From Amphiscolops sp. MND2022 (lineage: Eukaryota): a stretch of 64,000 bases of DNA. Position 1 is the first letter of the stretch. Each line of letters starts with the position of its first letter. Positions 49,308 to 61,200 of this stretch are shown here, in pieces. The notes under the pieces are model-generated. The model did no database searches, was not told the DNA's origin, and saw only the letters and a list, made by a program, of their open reading frames with translations. The stretch covers positions 89,406,001 to 89,470,000 of the forward strand of contig OZ076409.1 in the NCBI GenBank assembly GCA_964187785.1. The letters are read 5' to 3'. A program made the translations under genes and the position numbers.

Positions 49308-52300
49308 TTAGAAATATTCTATTCCTCCCATTTTTACTACTCTTTTTGCAGATTTTATTCTATCTGATCTGCGGATCCCTTTTTCTACCACCTTGTTTTC
49401 TATATTTTCCCCCCCGTCTAAATTAAGTTCTACTACACCTCTATTTGGGGACGTGTGTATTTTTTGTGGCGACCCAGTAGGGGTGTTGTCGAAGTCCTTA
49501 GCAGTACGCTTTGTTTTCTCCGTGCTGCAGTCCACTGGTGGAGATATGGCGGGAGTTTCGTTCTCTCGAGCCTCTTCTATTGGTTTCACGGCATCGTCGT
49601 ATTTGATTTCGGCTGTAATGGTTAGTTCCGGATCAATGTTTGCCGTGCTCGGTAATTCATCCGCGTGTGATGACTGGCTGTCTGATATTACCGTGATATC
49701 CGGTCGTGCTTCGGACCTTTCAATTGGCATTGTGGGGATGGTTTTATCTGCGCTCGTTGATTGTCCCTGTTGTTCGGAACGGATTCTTTTGTGGGTGTCA
49801 CATAGATCATCGTGACTGAATCGGCCGCATCTGGTGCATCTGTTGGTGGGTTTCCTCGGCTCTTCTGTTTTCTTTGCTGGCTGAAATTTAAAGGGGTTAG
49901 ATGCTAGTTTTTTGTGGATAACCTTTCCATCGGTTGTGGTTATCGTATGTTTAGTCTCATTAGCTGCGGTTAAAATTTTATTGGTTTTGAACCTGCATTT
50001 CATTGCGTTGGGCTTGGTCTCCTTTTCAAAAAATTGGTAACCTTTAAAATTGTCTCTTACCGATCTACCCCTCTTCCTTGATTCGTTGAGGACCAAATAA
50101 TCTGCGAGTTCCCCGTCGGAATCGTGGACTGTAAAAACTTGTAGCTCCGCCGGTTGTGCTAAAAAATAATTGGTTAATGTTTTCTTCCAGTCCGCTAATA
50201 GGCAGGTGGGTTGTCCAATCAGATTGGTGATCGGTGTGCGTGGTTTTCGTCCGTGGTGTAATTGAAAGGGAGTCATTTTCAGTATGTTGTGTGGTGTTTG
50301 TCTAATTGTTTTAATTGCCCTTGCGACGCTTTCTTCAAAAGTTAGGCCGTCTTCTAAATTGGCTCTTGTTAATGACTTAATTGTGCGTATTGTTCTCTCG
50401 ACCAATCCGTTTCCCGTATGTAAATTCGGGGTACACCTAATTCGTTTAATGTTTTCACCGTTGCAGTAATCTTTAAACTCGTTGCTTTTAAAACAGCTAC
50501 CGTTGTCGGTGCGTATCGTTTTCGGTGTTCCGTTGTCGGTGCAGTATTTTGTTAAAAACTTTATTACGGTCCGAGAGTCCGTATTTTTGCAAATTTGTGC
50601 GGTTGGCCATTTACTAAAACGGTCGATGGCTACTAAAATGTAAATGTCTCCGCGCGATTTTGATTTGATTGGACCGGCGAAGTCCAATTGAATTTCTTGG
50701 CCGGGTTCGGTTAAAAGTTCGAGCCTATTTATTTCCGTTTGCGGTAATTGTGTTTTTAGATTCTTACCTGCTACTCGGCAACTGGGGCAGTTTTCTGCCT
50801 TTTCTCTAATGTCCCGATGTAGTCCCGGTCACCAAAATGCTTCTGCTGGTTTGTCCATTTTGTTAATCGAGACATGGCCGCTGTGTAGCATGGCAATTAT
50901 GGTTGACCGCATTGCTTCTGGGATGACTATTCTATCATTGTAGAATAGTAGTCCAAATCTGGTCTCCAGATGTTCACGGTGTGGTCGGTATGGGTAGAAG
51001 ATACCGTCTCTTTTTCCAGCTTCTAGCGCGATAATTGCGTCAAGTATTTTAGTGTCCTGCGCAGTTTCCTCAACTAGTAGAGGTAAATCCATGGAAAAGT
51101 CTCTTTCGGCTCTTCTGATCGTTTCGGCTGTTTTCTCGTTTCGTTCTTCTGGCAGGACATTTCGCTTCGCTGTTTGTTTCAATCTGATAAGATTGATGCT
51201 CTCATGTTTTTTGAACTTTTTGAGGATATTTGTTGGGCACTTTTCGGTTTTTACGTGGCTAATCTGGCTTTCATTGTCTGACGAGGTGTTTATCCAAGAC
51301 TCGTGTTGGTTTTCGTTAAATTCCCTGAGTGGGGTGGTCCCGAGTTTCTCACAATGGTAAAAGAATCTATTGTAAATCAAGATGTTTAATTTCTCAATTT
51401 CTTTTCGGTCTTGTTGTGAAGGACGATATTCCAATATCCGCTCGTTGTCCTTGCCTTTTCCCACAATTCTGGTTCGATTTGGTTGAAGAAGTTTAAATCG
51501 TTCGGTCCGTAGACGGCTAGTTTCTGGGGAATGTCCCCGTTTTTTGAATATAAACTGTAAATCGATTCCGTTTAATTTATCCATCTTTGACATTTTCGGT
51601 GCTTGCGAATCAAAGTTTGAATTGTTTGGTGAGTCAATATCTTTTTGCGGTGAGAAAGTTTGGATTGAATGTTCGCGGTCGTTTTGTTTGCGTATTTGCG
51701 TTCTGCGTTCTGATTGGTCGGAATTCTTTACCGGTGGTGGTCGTCGCATATGTTGCGTAATACTGCCGTTCGTACGATTGAACTCGAATAGGCCGTATAT
51801 CTGATTGATTACGAATTCCTCTTCGGCTTCGCTTTCATCGCCTTCGTGTGGCGTTTCCGTTTCGTGTTCGTGTATGATCGGATGACGGCTTAAGTAATCT
51901 GTTAACGGAATGTTTTTACCAGCGGTGTATTGCACGTTGACATCGAAATGGCTCAATCGGTCAAGCCACCGTGTTAATCTTGCGCTGTATTGTTTGTGTG
52001 CCCTGTTTCGCTTTAGCAGTGGTTGTAGTGCCTGGTGGTCGGTCAAAAGGTTTACTTTTTTTCCGTAAACGTAATATCTGAAATATTCGAGGCCCCACAA
52101 GACGCCTAGCAATTCTAGTTCATTTATGGCATATTTTCGTTCACATTCGGTGAGAAATCGGCTGGCAAATGCCACCGGTCTGAATGTTTCATTTTCTTTC
52201 TGCCATAGGGTTTCCCCTAATCCAGTATTACAGGCGTCGGTGGTTATGAAATTATCTTTCTTTGGGTCGAAGTGTGCTAGACATGGTGTTTCGGTTATTT

Positions 52301-54602
52301 CCTTTTTTAGTTGTTCAAAGTCATCGTTTATTTCTTTCGTCCATTCCCATTTTACGTCTTTCTTGAGTAGTTTTCTCATTCTGTCGGTCTTTTTAGACAA
52401 GTTGTTCAAAAATTTTGATGAATGTTGTATTGAGCCCAGAAATGATTTTAGCTCTTTTGTGTTTGTGGGGGCTTTTAATTTCGTTATAGCCTCGGTTCTA
52501 TCTTTAATTGGCTTTACCCCTTCTTGGTTTATCAAGTACCCTAACCAGGTTAGCTCTTTTTTGAACAGTTCTGTTTTTCTTTCACTCGCTCGGTAACCGG
52601 CTTCTTGCAATTTTATTAGAACTTCGCGTAGTTCCCGATCGTGTTCTTCTATCGTTCCGTTTGTGACGCAAATGATGTCATCTAACCATACCGGCGTTTT
52701 AAATTCTAGGACCTTATCTATATGTTCTTGAAATACCGTTGGTATGTCAGATAGGCCGTAGAATCCCTTCTTGAACCGGTAGTGTCCCGTGAAATCGCCG
52801 CCAATGATGGAGAACACGCAATGTCTTGATGCTTCTGCGGATAGTTTGGCCTGTCCATATGCATAATCTAAATCAATCTTGGACATCCAAGTTTCGCCGT
52901 TATTTTGTGTAATTTTTGCGGAAATTTGACTGATTAGTTCCTCCATATTTGGCATTGTTGCTTTTCTTTTTATGCAAGATTCGTTTAGTTTCCGGGAGTC
53001 TAGTGCAATTTTTACTGATTTGTCTTTTTTGATTGTTATAACGGCTGGTGAGACAAAGCAGTTTTCAGTTGTTTTATCAGCTTTTTCCAAATGTCCTTTT
53101 TCGATTAATTTTTCTAATTCTTTTTACACGATTTTTTGAAAGTGTATTGGTACTGGTCTCCCCTTTTGTTGTATCGGTTTTGCGTCTTTTTTCAATTGAA
53201 TGTCTATGGTTAAGTTTTTTATGGTGTGATTGTTTTTAAAAAGGTCCTCGAATTCTTTAAAAATTTTCTCACCTTTTTCGTTTGTGGTTATGCTCCTGAT
53301 GATGTTTGTTTCGTGGCTTCCTTGCAAACCGATTTCCAATTCGTCTAGCCAATCCAATCCCAGCAGGGGTTGTGTATTCTTTTTCTCGGTTATTAGGATT
53401 GGCAACATCACTTTTGTTTTCTCTGTTTTGACCTCAACTATTGCTTCGCCTTTGAATTCTATCGGGTTTTTGTTTACGTCCACGAAACACTTTGAAGTCG
53501 CTTTCATTTGTTTTGGAGTGATAATTGGTGGGATAATCGTTACTGGAGAGCCGGTGTCAATTATGAATTCAATTGGTTGTCCGTCCACCAATAGGATGGC
53601 TTTGTAGAAGTCTACTCGATTTATGCCGTTGACGGACTGAATATGGTCAATTTCTGGCCATGATTCCGTGTTGCTACCGGTATCTTCCTCTTGTATCCGG
53701 TTTACGGTTCTTGATCGGCAGACCTTTGCAAAATGACCGGACTTCTTACAGTTGTTACATTTTGCCTTCCGTGCTGGGCAAGTGTGGTCGGGTGTCCAGT
53801 TGGATTTTCCGCAGAAGTGGCAGTTCCGCTCCGTGTTTCTCTTTTTAGCCGTGAACGTGGCCTTCTTCTTCGTTGCGGGTTTTGTGTATCCGACCTGTTC
53901 CTCGTCTGATGTGCTTTCGGATGAGTTTTTCCGCTGTCTCTTGGAGATTGTTTGTTTGTCTCCATATTTACGGTTATAGTTGTCCAGCTCAATGGTCTCC
54001 AATATCAGTGATAATTTCAGTGGGCCTTTGATGAATTTGTCTCGGGCTTTTTTATCGTTTATGGTTGCTGCGAATTTGTATGAAATGATGTCTTCGGGTG
54101 TGATGGTGTTAAATTCGCACTTTCTTTCGATGTCTACCAGCCTCTTCCAGTACTCGTCTAGGGTTTCGCCATCTTCTTGCTTGATATTAAAGAATTGGGC
54201 CCGGCTGTGGAATACATTCCTGGTTGGTAGGAAGGTCTTTTTGAATAGTTTCAACAACTCTTGGAGACTAATATCTTTAAGTTCCTTTCCCCATTGACCT
54301 CTCATGATTTCGTGCTTTGCTTTTGGGCCCAGTGCCCATATAACATCATCTTTGATGTGATAGGTTGTATGAGGGTCCATGGAGTCCGTCCCTTGTTCCA
54401 TCAGCTCGTCCAGTTTCTTTTGGTATGTCAAATCTATGTATTCGGATATTTGTTCCCACCACATTTTGGGATTGGCTTTTGATAGGTCAGTTTCTCTATC
54501 CGATAAGATCGGGATCTTGTACTTGTTTCTTTCAGTCCTTTCGACTGTTGTTTGGTTGACCGCCGTTGGGTCGGTTTCGTTGTTGTTGTTCGTATTTTCC
54601 AT
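49308..54602 (-). pseudogene. gag-pol: Single-frame gag-pol polyprotein with two in-frame stops (53124, 50829)
   Basis: CHFCG..H.CPARKAKCNNCKKSGHFAKVC; IIDTGSP; RT WLDD; TTDAC...ELELLGV...TDHQAL (RNase H); HSGH...CPSC and DFAGP..D..TDNG..VERTI (integrase). ORFs 53124-54602, 50829-53090 and 49308-50687 share one frame. Confidence 0.95.
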
Positions 54603-54641
54603 CGGTTTTCTTCTCTTGTTCGTACTTCTATGACTGCGCCA

Positions 54642-54823
54642 TGTTATAGACTCGATAAAAGGTTTGAAGTAGGATGCTCAAGTTAAGAATGTGTAGGTAA
54701 TGTAACATACAAAGTATCACTGTCCTCAACGTAAAGTTTGCATCAAAATGAATATAGTCTAGAGGGCAATGTAAGTTCATTGGCAGGTATCTAATTACTG
54801 TTGTCTAGACTATTCTCTCTTCA
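54642..54823 (-). repeat. 5' LTR
   Basis: Direct repeat of 48980-49161, adjacent to a PBS complementary to a tRNA ending UGACUGCGCCA (tRNA-Ser-like). Confidence 0.95.
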
Positions 54824-55229
54824 AAACCCCAAATCAAAACATTGATGTATGACTCGGCCTTTCCCCTTCCAAGTCAGCCTTCATCAAAAGCAGCAGCTGG
54901 ACTAGTAATTGCACGTCGCTACGCCTCGCTCCTGCTTTCAGGACACTATCGGCATGTGGACGTAGCTAATCACTCTTCTATATATTGGAAGACCTAGGAA
55001 ATTTTAACCTTATACTTAATTCTCGAGGTCGCATCAAATTTCTCTAAAGCAACAAAGTAAAAGTAATATAACAAAAATAAATGGACATTCGTAATACATA
55101 ACTCCATCGCAAAGGTTTCTCAATAATTTCTTTCCATAAGAGCAATAATAATAAACATAAATTTGTTATGGAACATTAAAAATTTGGTTTATTGATATTT
55201 GTGGTGATTCCTGGATGAGAACTGAAATG

Positions 55230-58200
55230 TTACGATGGTGGGAAGAGTAGCGCCACTGTTACTCTTAGTGGAAGACCTCCGGGTCTCACCTCATATGTCT
55301 GAAACACCACAGTCACATCATTTCTGCTTCCACTATTGTCTTTTTATCCATCGATCAGGAACTTAATCATTGGTACTATCCTTAATTGCCAGCGTCATTA
55401 TCCACAAGTTTTCAAAAAAATCGTGCACGAAACGTTCTTTTGAGATCTTGAATAAAAACGCTTTTAAACTCTCCATGTGAGGTCCTGTATTAGATTCCAT
55501 CCGATTTGTGGAAATTATTTGCTTTTGAAACTTGACATTAGCTTCAAAGTATCGACTTTAAATCAACTTCCTTGTAAATCTGAAAATCAGTCTATCCGAC
55601 TTTAAAGACTCAGTATTATAGTTTATAATGATACAAGTATGCGAAATAGCAGATTAAAAAGATTGTTTCAACAGTGTCAAAGGAAAGTACTCAATGTACA
55701 CAAACTTCGCTTTTAGACATCTTGGAAGAAAAGGCGAATCTCTGTCTTCTGATGGGAGATTGAACTGCGTAGAACTGCTCAGTGGACTCTTCAAACCACT
55801 GGGCGCCCAGACTGTACATGAGTTCTCTGTCTTGTCTCATTGAGAATGTGTATTTTTCTTTGCTGCCCAACGAAAGCACGGGGTCGTTGGGTTTCAGTCG
55901 CTGTAACACACCACCTCAACATTTCATTGGGAGATCAGACAAAGTTTGTTTACAGTTGTACCCCAAACAAAACTTTCAAAAACGGCCTTGTTTGCAGCAA
56001 AGTTTTTCAACAGAGTTTGTAGCATATGGTAAATGTACAGTAGAAAAACAATGTAATCATCCCTATTGGGCGATAGAAAGTTTTTTTTTGTTTTCAATAT
56101 TTTTAAACTGAGATTCTCATTCTTTACACAAAATATAGGTATTGAATAAACGAGGCGGAAACTTCGTCAGAAATTTCGTCGTACCAGTAAATCCAGAAAT
56201 TTCGTCGTCAGGAATTTCGTCGTCTCGATTAGATTTAACAGTTCACGAAAATACCATTTTATTCATTCAAATATCCAATTATTAGAAATAGGTCTGAAGA
56301 AAATAATCATTTTGACACCAAAATTCATTCAAAATGTTCAATGCATTCGATCAACTCATCAAGGCGCTTATTGAGCAACGGGATATTCTCAGTTATGAAC
56401 AACATAACCAACCAACTTTAAAAAATTCAAAAATAGCACAATCAGGTTCAAATATGCGTAGAAATGTGTTTAAAAATCTGTAATAGTGGAAGGTTTTTTC
56501 GAATAATTTAAAATTGCTTGTGAAACTTTCTCTATCAAAATCATTATTAAAAGTAGTCAATGATAGCATATATTTGAAAATTAGATTACCAGAAAACTCA
56601 ACACACGAAAACTCAACACAAGAAAACTCAACACACGAAAACTCAACACAGAAAAGTCAACTCATTTTAAGCATTTATTAATCGTGATTCATATTATACA
56701 TCTGGAGCTAGTCTAACAAGCAGACCAACCAATAAGAAGACCAATCAATAAGCAGACCAGTGAATTAATACATTGTCCCTGATCTTAATTTCAGCCGCAT
56801 ACATGTACTTTAATTCTCTGTGAACACGATTTTGACCAATCAAATTAAACGAGTCTGCTCATTAGCACGAATAATACTTTTATGCTATTTGACTGGTCTG
56901 CTTGTTAGACGCACTCCATACATCTATATTCCTTGTTCGTACTGACTGCTCATAATTTATGCATTTGACACAATTTTTCTAAAATATTTGTGTTTGCGTT
57001 TACACTTTTTCTATCGTTTTGTTTCATGGTTTGGGCCAATGTAAACAACGTTTCAACGTGAAAAGTTTAATATAGGAAAAAGTCGCAATAATGATTAGGT
57101 GTAAAGAAAATTATTTGTCTTTGTCTTTGAAATGAGTCGCAATTGTGACTAAGAGTAAACGGAAATAATACGGATATAACAATTAGTTAAATTTCGGAAA
57201 ATAAACTCAATTGAGGTGTTAACTAAAATAATTTAAATGTGTTGAAATGTGTTGAGTTTTCTGTGTTGAGTTTTCTTGTGTTGAGTTTTCTGTTTTTTAC
57301 TTTGTGTTGAATTTTCTTTGTTGAGTTTTCTGTTTTTTATTTTGTGTTGAGTTTTCTTGTGTTGAGTTTTCATGTGTTGAGTTTTCCGTACCCCGAAAAT
57401 TAAAGATAAATATCTAGATAAGTAGACTCAATAATAGTAGACGATTCCTAATAGATGAGCTAAAATCGACGACGAAATTTTTGGGTATTGGAATGACGAA
57501 TTCCTTCATGGTTCATGAAAGTTTGTGAACTTTCTAAACAATTTTGTAGAGTTTAATAATTCAACACACCATGGAATGGAAATTGTAAGGTTTTAATGGA
57601 AAGTAAACGGAACATGCATGGAGAAATCAAAACACGAAAGGGGGATATAAACTTTCATCATTTACCCTGATCTGTAGAAAGAAAGAGAGGGGTTGAGAAG
57701 GGTCGAAGTTGGCCGAGTCGTAGTTTTGGGGGGTGGCGGATATCTCGAAGTAGAATCCGTGCAGACTCATCACCTCCACCACCCGCGTGTTCTCTACTAT
57801 GTTCAGTCCGTACCTCGCAGCCGAAGTTTCGAACGCCATCACCAGCGACATGTCTCCTCCCACTTGCAACTAGACATTTTGCGCAATTTGTCATGATTTT
57901 ACAGTAAACAGGAGAAAATTGGGGTATAATTATTTTATAGACGTCTGATCACGCTGGCTTTCCATCGGAGAACGGTTCTGTGAGATTTTCCACACATTTT
58001 CGCATGTCAGGCACTTTTAGCATATTGGTGAAAAACTTAAGCCTTAAGCGTGCCGACTTGCAAAGATCCCATCGTGTTTTTTATTTTTGGCGTATTATCA
58101 GTCAAAAAGTTGACTGCACGTTCTCAAATGAATGGTATACGGTCCATCCGTCATGACCTCTATTGAGTTCTGGTCCAGACATGGTACCAGAAATCTTGTT

Positions 58201-61200
58201 GGTAAACATTACTTTAAAGAGTCAACTCATTTCATCTGCGTTTGTGAATAGTTTAGTTTCAAAATCAGACGGTACAAACAAAAACTAAGTTTAGTAAACT
58301 TTGTTTTTCTATCTTTAGCTTTAGAATATAATTCATTCGGTTCAGTTGTCAATCAAACTGGAAATGATCAATACCAACAAATTGTAATTGATTCCAATTT
58401 GTGCTGATACATATTTATATACATTATGTATGATAGATTAGCTTTTGCGAGAATCACAGTTATTAGCTTTGTAATTCTAGTTTTTATAACAAAGTTGAAA
58501 TGGAACTAATAGAACTTACAGATCTGTAGTTCATGGTCACCAAGTTGAGGATCCAGTTCTGGGGCATGACATTCATCTTCTGCAAGAACTCCAAGTGGGT
58601 CGGGTCTGTCAAGGCATGGAGACGCAACTGGGAGAAGAGAGGCATATACTGCGAGGCTGTTTCATCTCTTCCGAGGAACGAGATCCATTTGGGGAGGCTA
58701 TAGAATAATACTTTGAATCATTGATCTGCCCATGTTGACCGACATACAGTACTGTGATTAAGAAATCGTCCCCCTATGCGTTGAGCGTCGTTATCAACCA
58801 ATTAGAATGGCTTATTTGCTCTCAGGTTTCTGCTTCTCACGAATTCTGATTGGCACATAGAGTGAAACCTCAGGCGCGGTAAGAACACTGCTATTTTCCA
58901 GTTTTGGGCAGGTTTTTGAAATATTTTTCTGAAAATTTTAAATTCATCGAATTCTGCAGATTGTATAGAATTCAATGATATATTTTCGTTTCAGAAACAT
59001 TCTAAATGAAAAAATAACTGCAGTTTTCCGCCGCGGAACGTTAATTTCCTAACTTGATACATGTAAATCAACGAAATATTACCTTTCGAGCATGACATTT
59101 TGAAAACGGTTGATAATTTATGAAATCGAAAATTGTATCCATAGATTCAGTAGATTTGTGCGAGTTATTTGAGCATAAAACTTGCCAAAAAAACTTCTGG
59201 ATAAAACGGTCAAAAATTGGAAAAACGAAAAAAAGTCCCAAATTTGCTCAAAATCAGCTATATATAATTTTCTCAATTTTTGTCCCAGATAAACTAAAAA
59301 AAACACTAATATAAACTGGATAGAATTCTAAAACTTTTATTTCTGATGTTTCTCGAAATTCGCTACAGATTTCGAGAAAATCGAGCCTAAAATCGCCCGG
59401 GGGACGTTTTCTTAATCACAGTACTGTATTAAGAAATAATGAATCATACCATGTCATAGTATGGTCATGATGGAAAATGATTGTCATAGTTTGATCATGG
59501 TATGGTCATATTATGAATAGTATGTCGGTGACTATGATCATAGTATTACCAAAAGTTCGGTTATCACTTAGCGGTTATTATTGGAAATCGGCGCGCATCC
59601 ATGAATCATTTCATAGATGTCTGCTCTAGCTGTAGACTCAACATGTTGACTCTGAGGTTTGCGAAGAAATGCTTGCCTATTCGAAACAATTTTTGAGTTG
59701 ATTTTCAAATGTAGGACTCTCCAGTATGCAGAAACATTATACAAGATCTTTACATTCTACACAACACTTCATAAAAGTTTTGTTTCCGAACCCATAGTAG
59801 GCTTGATTCGGTTCTTCGAAACATCGACAATGTTTTGAGATTTAACCCGCAACGGATCACAAATAGAAAGAAATTTTATGGGCGTTCCAATTTTGTGCAA
59901 AACTTTGAGAGTGTGAATGCGCATTTGAAACAAACATGCTGAAGTTACCTGTTGAAATACGTAACTACTGTACTAAATGTGGGCATTTGCTTGACGTTGT
60001 TGCTCTTGAGATAGATCCACGTGCACAGCGCTTTGTACAAACTGAACTCGTGATTCACATATAAACTGGAAAAGCAAAATTCATTTCAATGAGAAAAACC
60101 TTATAAAGTTGAACCTTCGAACTCTCCTTAATATGGCTTGTTTTGAAATGCGATGAAGTATGATTGATGTATCTAGGATCTTTATAAACCATCGGTTTAC
60201 ATTTATACTTCATACGTTTATATTTCATGTAATTTTGGACCGCTTTAAAACATTTTCTCAAAAACTCTATAGCAACTAATTTTTGCACCCCTTTGTTCCA
60301 AACAAACATACTTTGAATCTAATAAATTGAACTAAAATGTGCTCACTATTTCAGTAATTCAAGTTTCCCTCCATTAGAGTTTCTGCAATCTGCAATTCCT
60401 CAATATGGTGCATAAACATTATGAGATTGCTTCTTACTTTTTGTTACAAAGCACAGCCAACAGTGTTTTGAGGGAGAGTTGCCCCAATTCTATCCTGTCG
60501 ATCATCTCTGTGACGAAGTGGAAGCTGAGCCACCTGATGCACGCCTTACTCAGCAGGGGAATGTTGTGTTTCTCCGCTAGGGCACAGTAGGCACCAACTC
60601 TCTCTGGGGACAGCCCACACACCATCACATCCAGGGTCCTATGCAACAAAATCACTGGTCAACTTTCTCTCTTCCGTCCAAGGAATACTTTATATACTTT
60701 ATAAAAGAGCGCTGTTTCGGTGCTCCAGTTTTTTCTATAAAAAGTTGGGTAATTAAATCAGGAGTTGTTACAGAGTGAGTAAAATGTTTTTTGGGACCTT
60801 CTTTCTTATCCCCTCCCCCTAAGCGGCCGCGGGGGTATGATAAACAAGGTTCAAATACCATTTTTGAACAAATAAAATAATTGATGGCGACATAATCCCA
60901 TCTTTTACATTAATTCACAGTTAAAAGGTGCTCATTTTACTCTATGTCGGAGAAAACTTGCGTTGATTTATGGGCTTTTCTATACAAATTTAGCTTGTTT
61001 CAGACGTGAATTGCTCTTTTGGACAATAATATGGAAAAATCGAGGCTTTTTTGCAAGAAATGTCAAAACAGTTGTAAAGACATTCCTCCAAGTATTTGTA
61101 GCTATATAATATTCTTGTTTTCGTGCAGGACATTTTTCAACAATAAAAGGTGTTTTCGCGTTGGGGAAAATGCCAAACAAGGTGTACCTGGGGCAGGGGA

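Larger units (their letters stand above)
48980..54823 (-). mobile_element. Full-length Ty3/gypsy (Mag-like) LTR retrotransposon
   Basis: 182-bp LTRs at 48980-49161 and 54642-54823; TSD AAACC; PBS TGGCGCAGTCA directly after the 5' LTR; PPT GAGGAGGGGGGAA before the 3' LTR. Confidence 0.97.
48628..54950. repeat. Old TIR element interrupted by the gypsy insertion
   Basis: 48628-48758 and 54840-54950 are diverged inverted repeats (GATAG...ACGTGC..T.CTAGTCCAG...GAAGGC...CCGAGTCATACA). Confidence 0.6.

Noticed and set aside
49229..54633. Plus-strand ORFs across the second gypsy element
   Set aside because: Antisense shadows of gag-pol.
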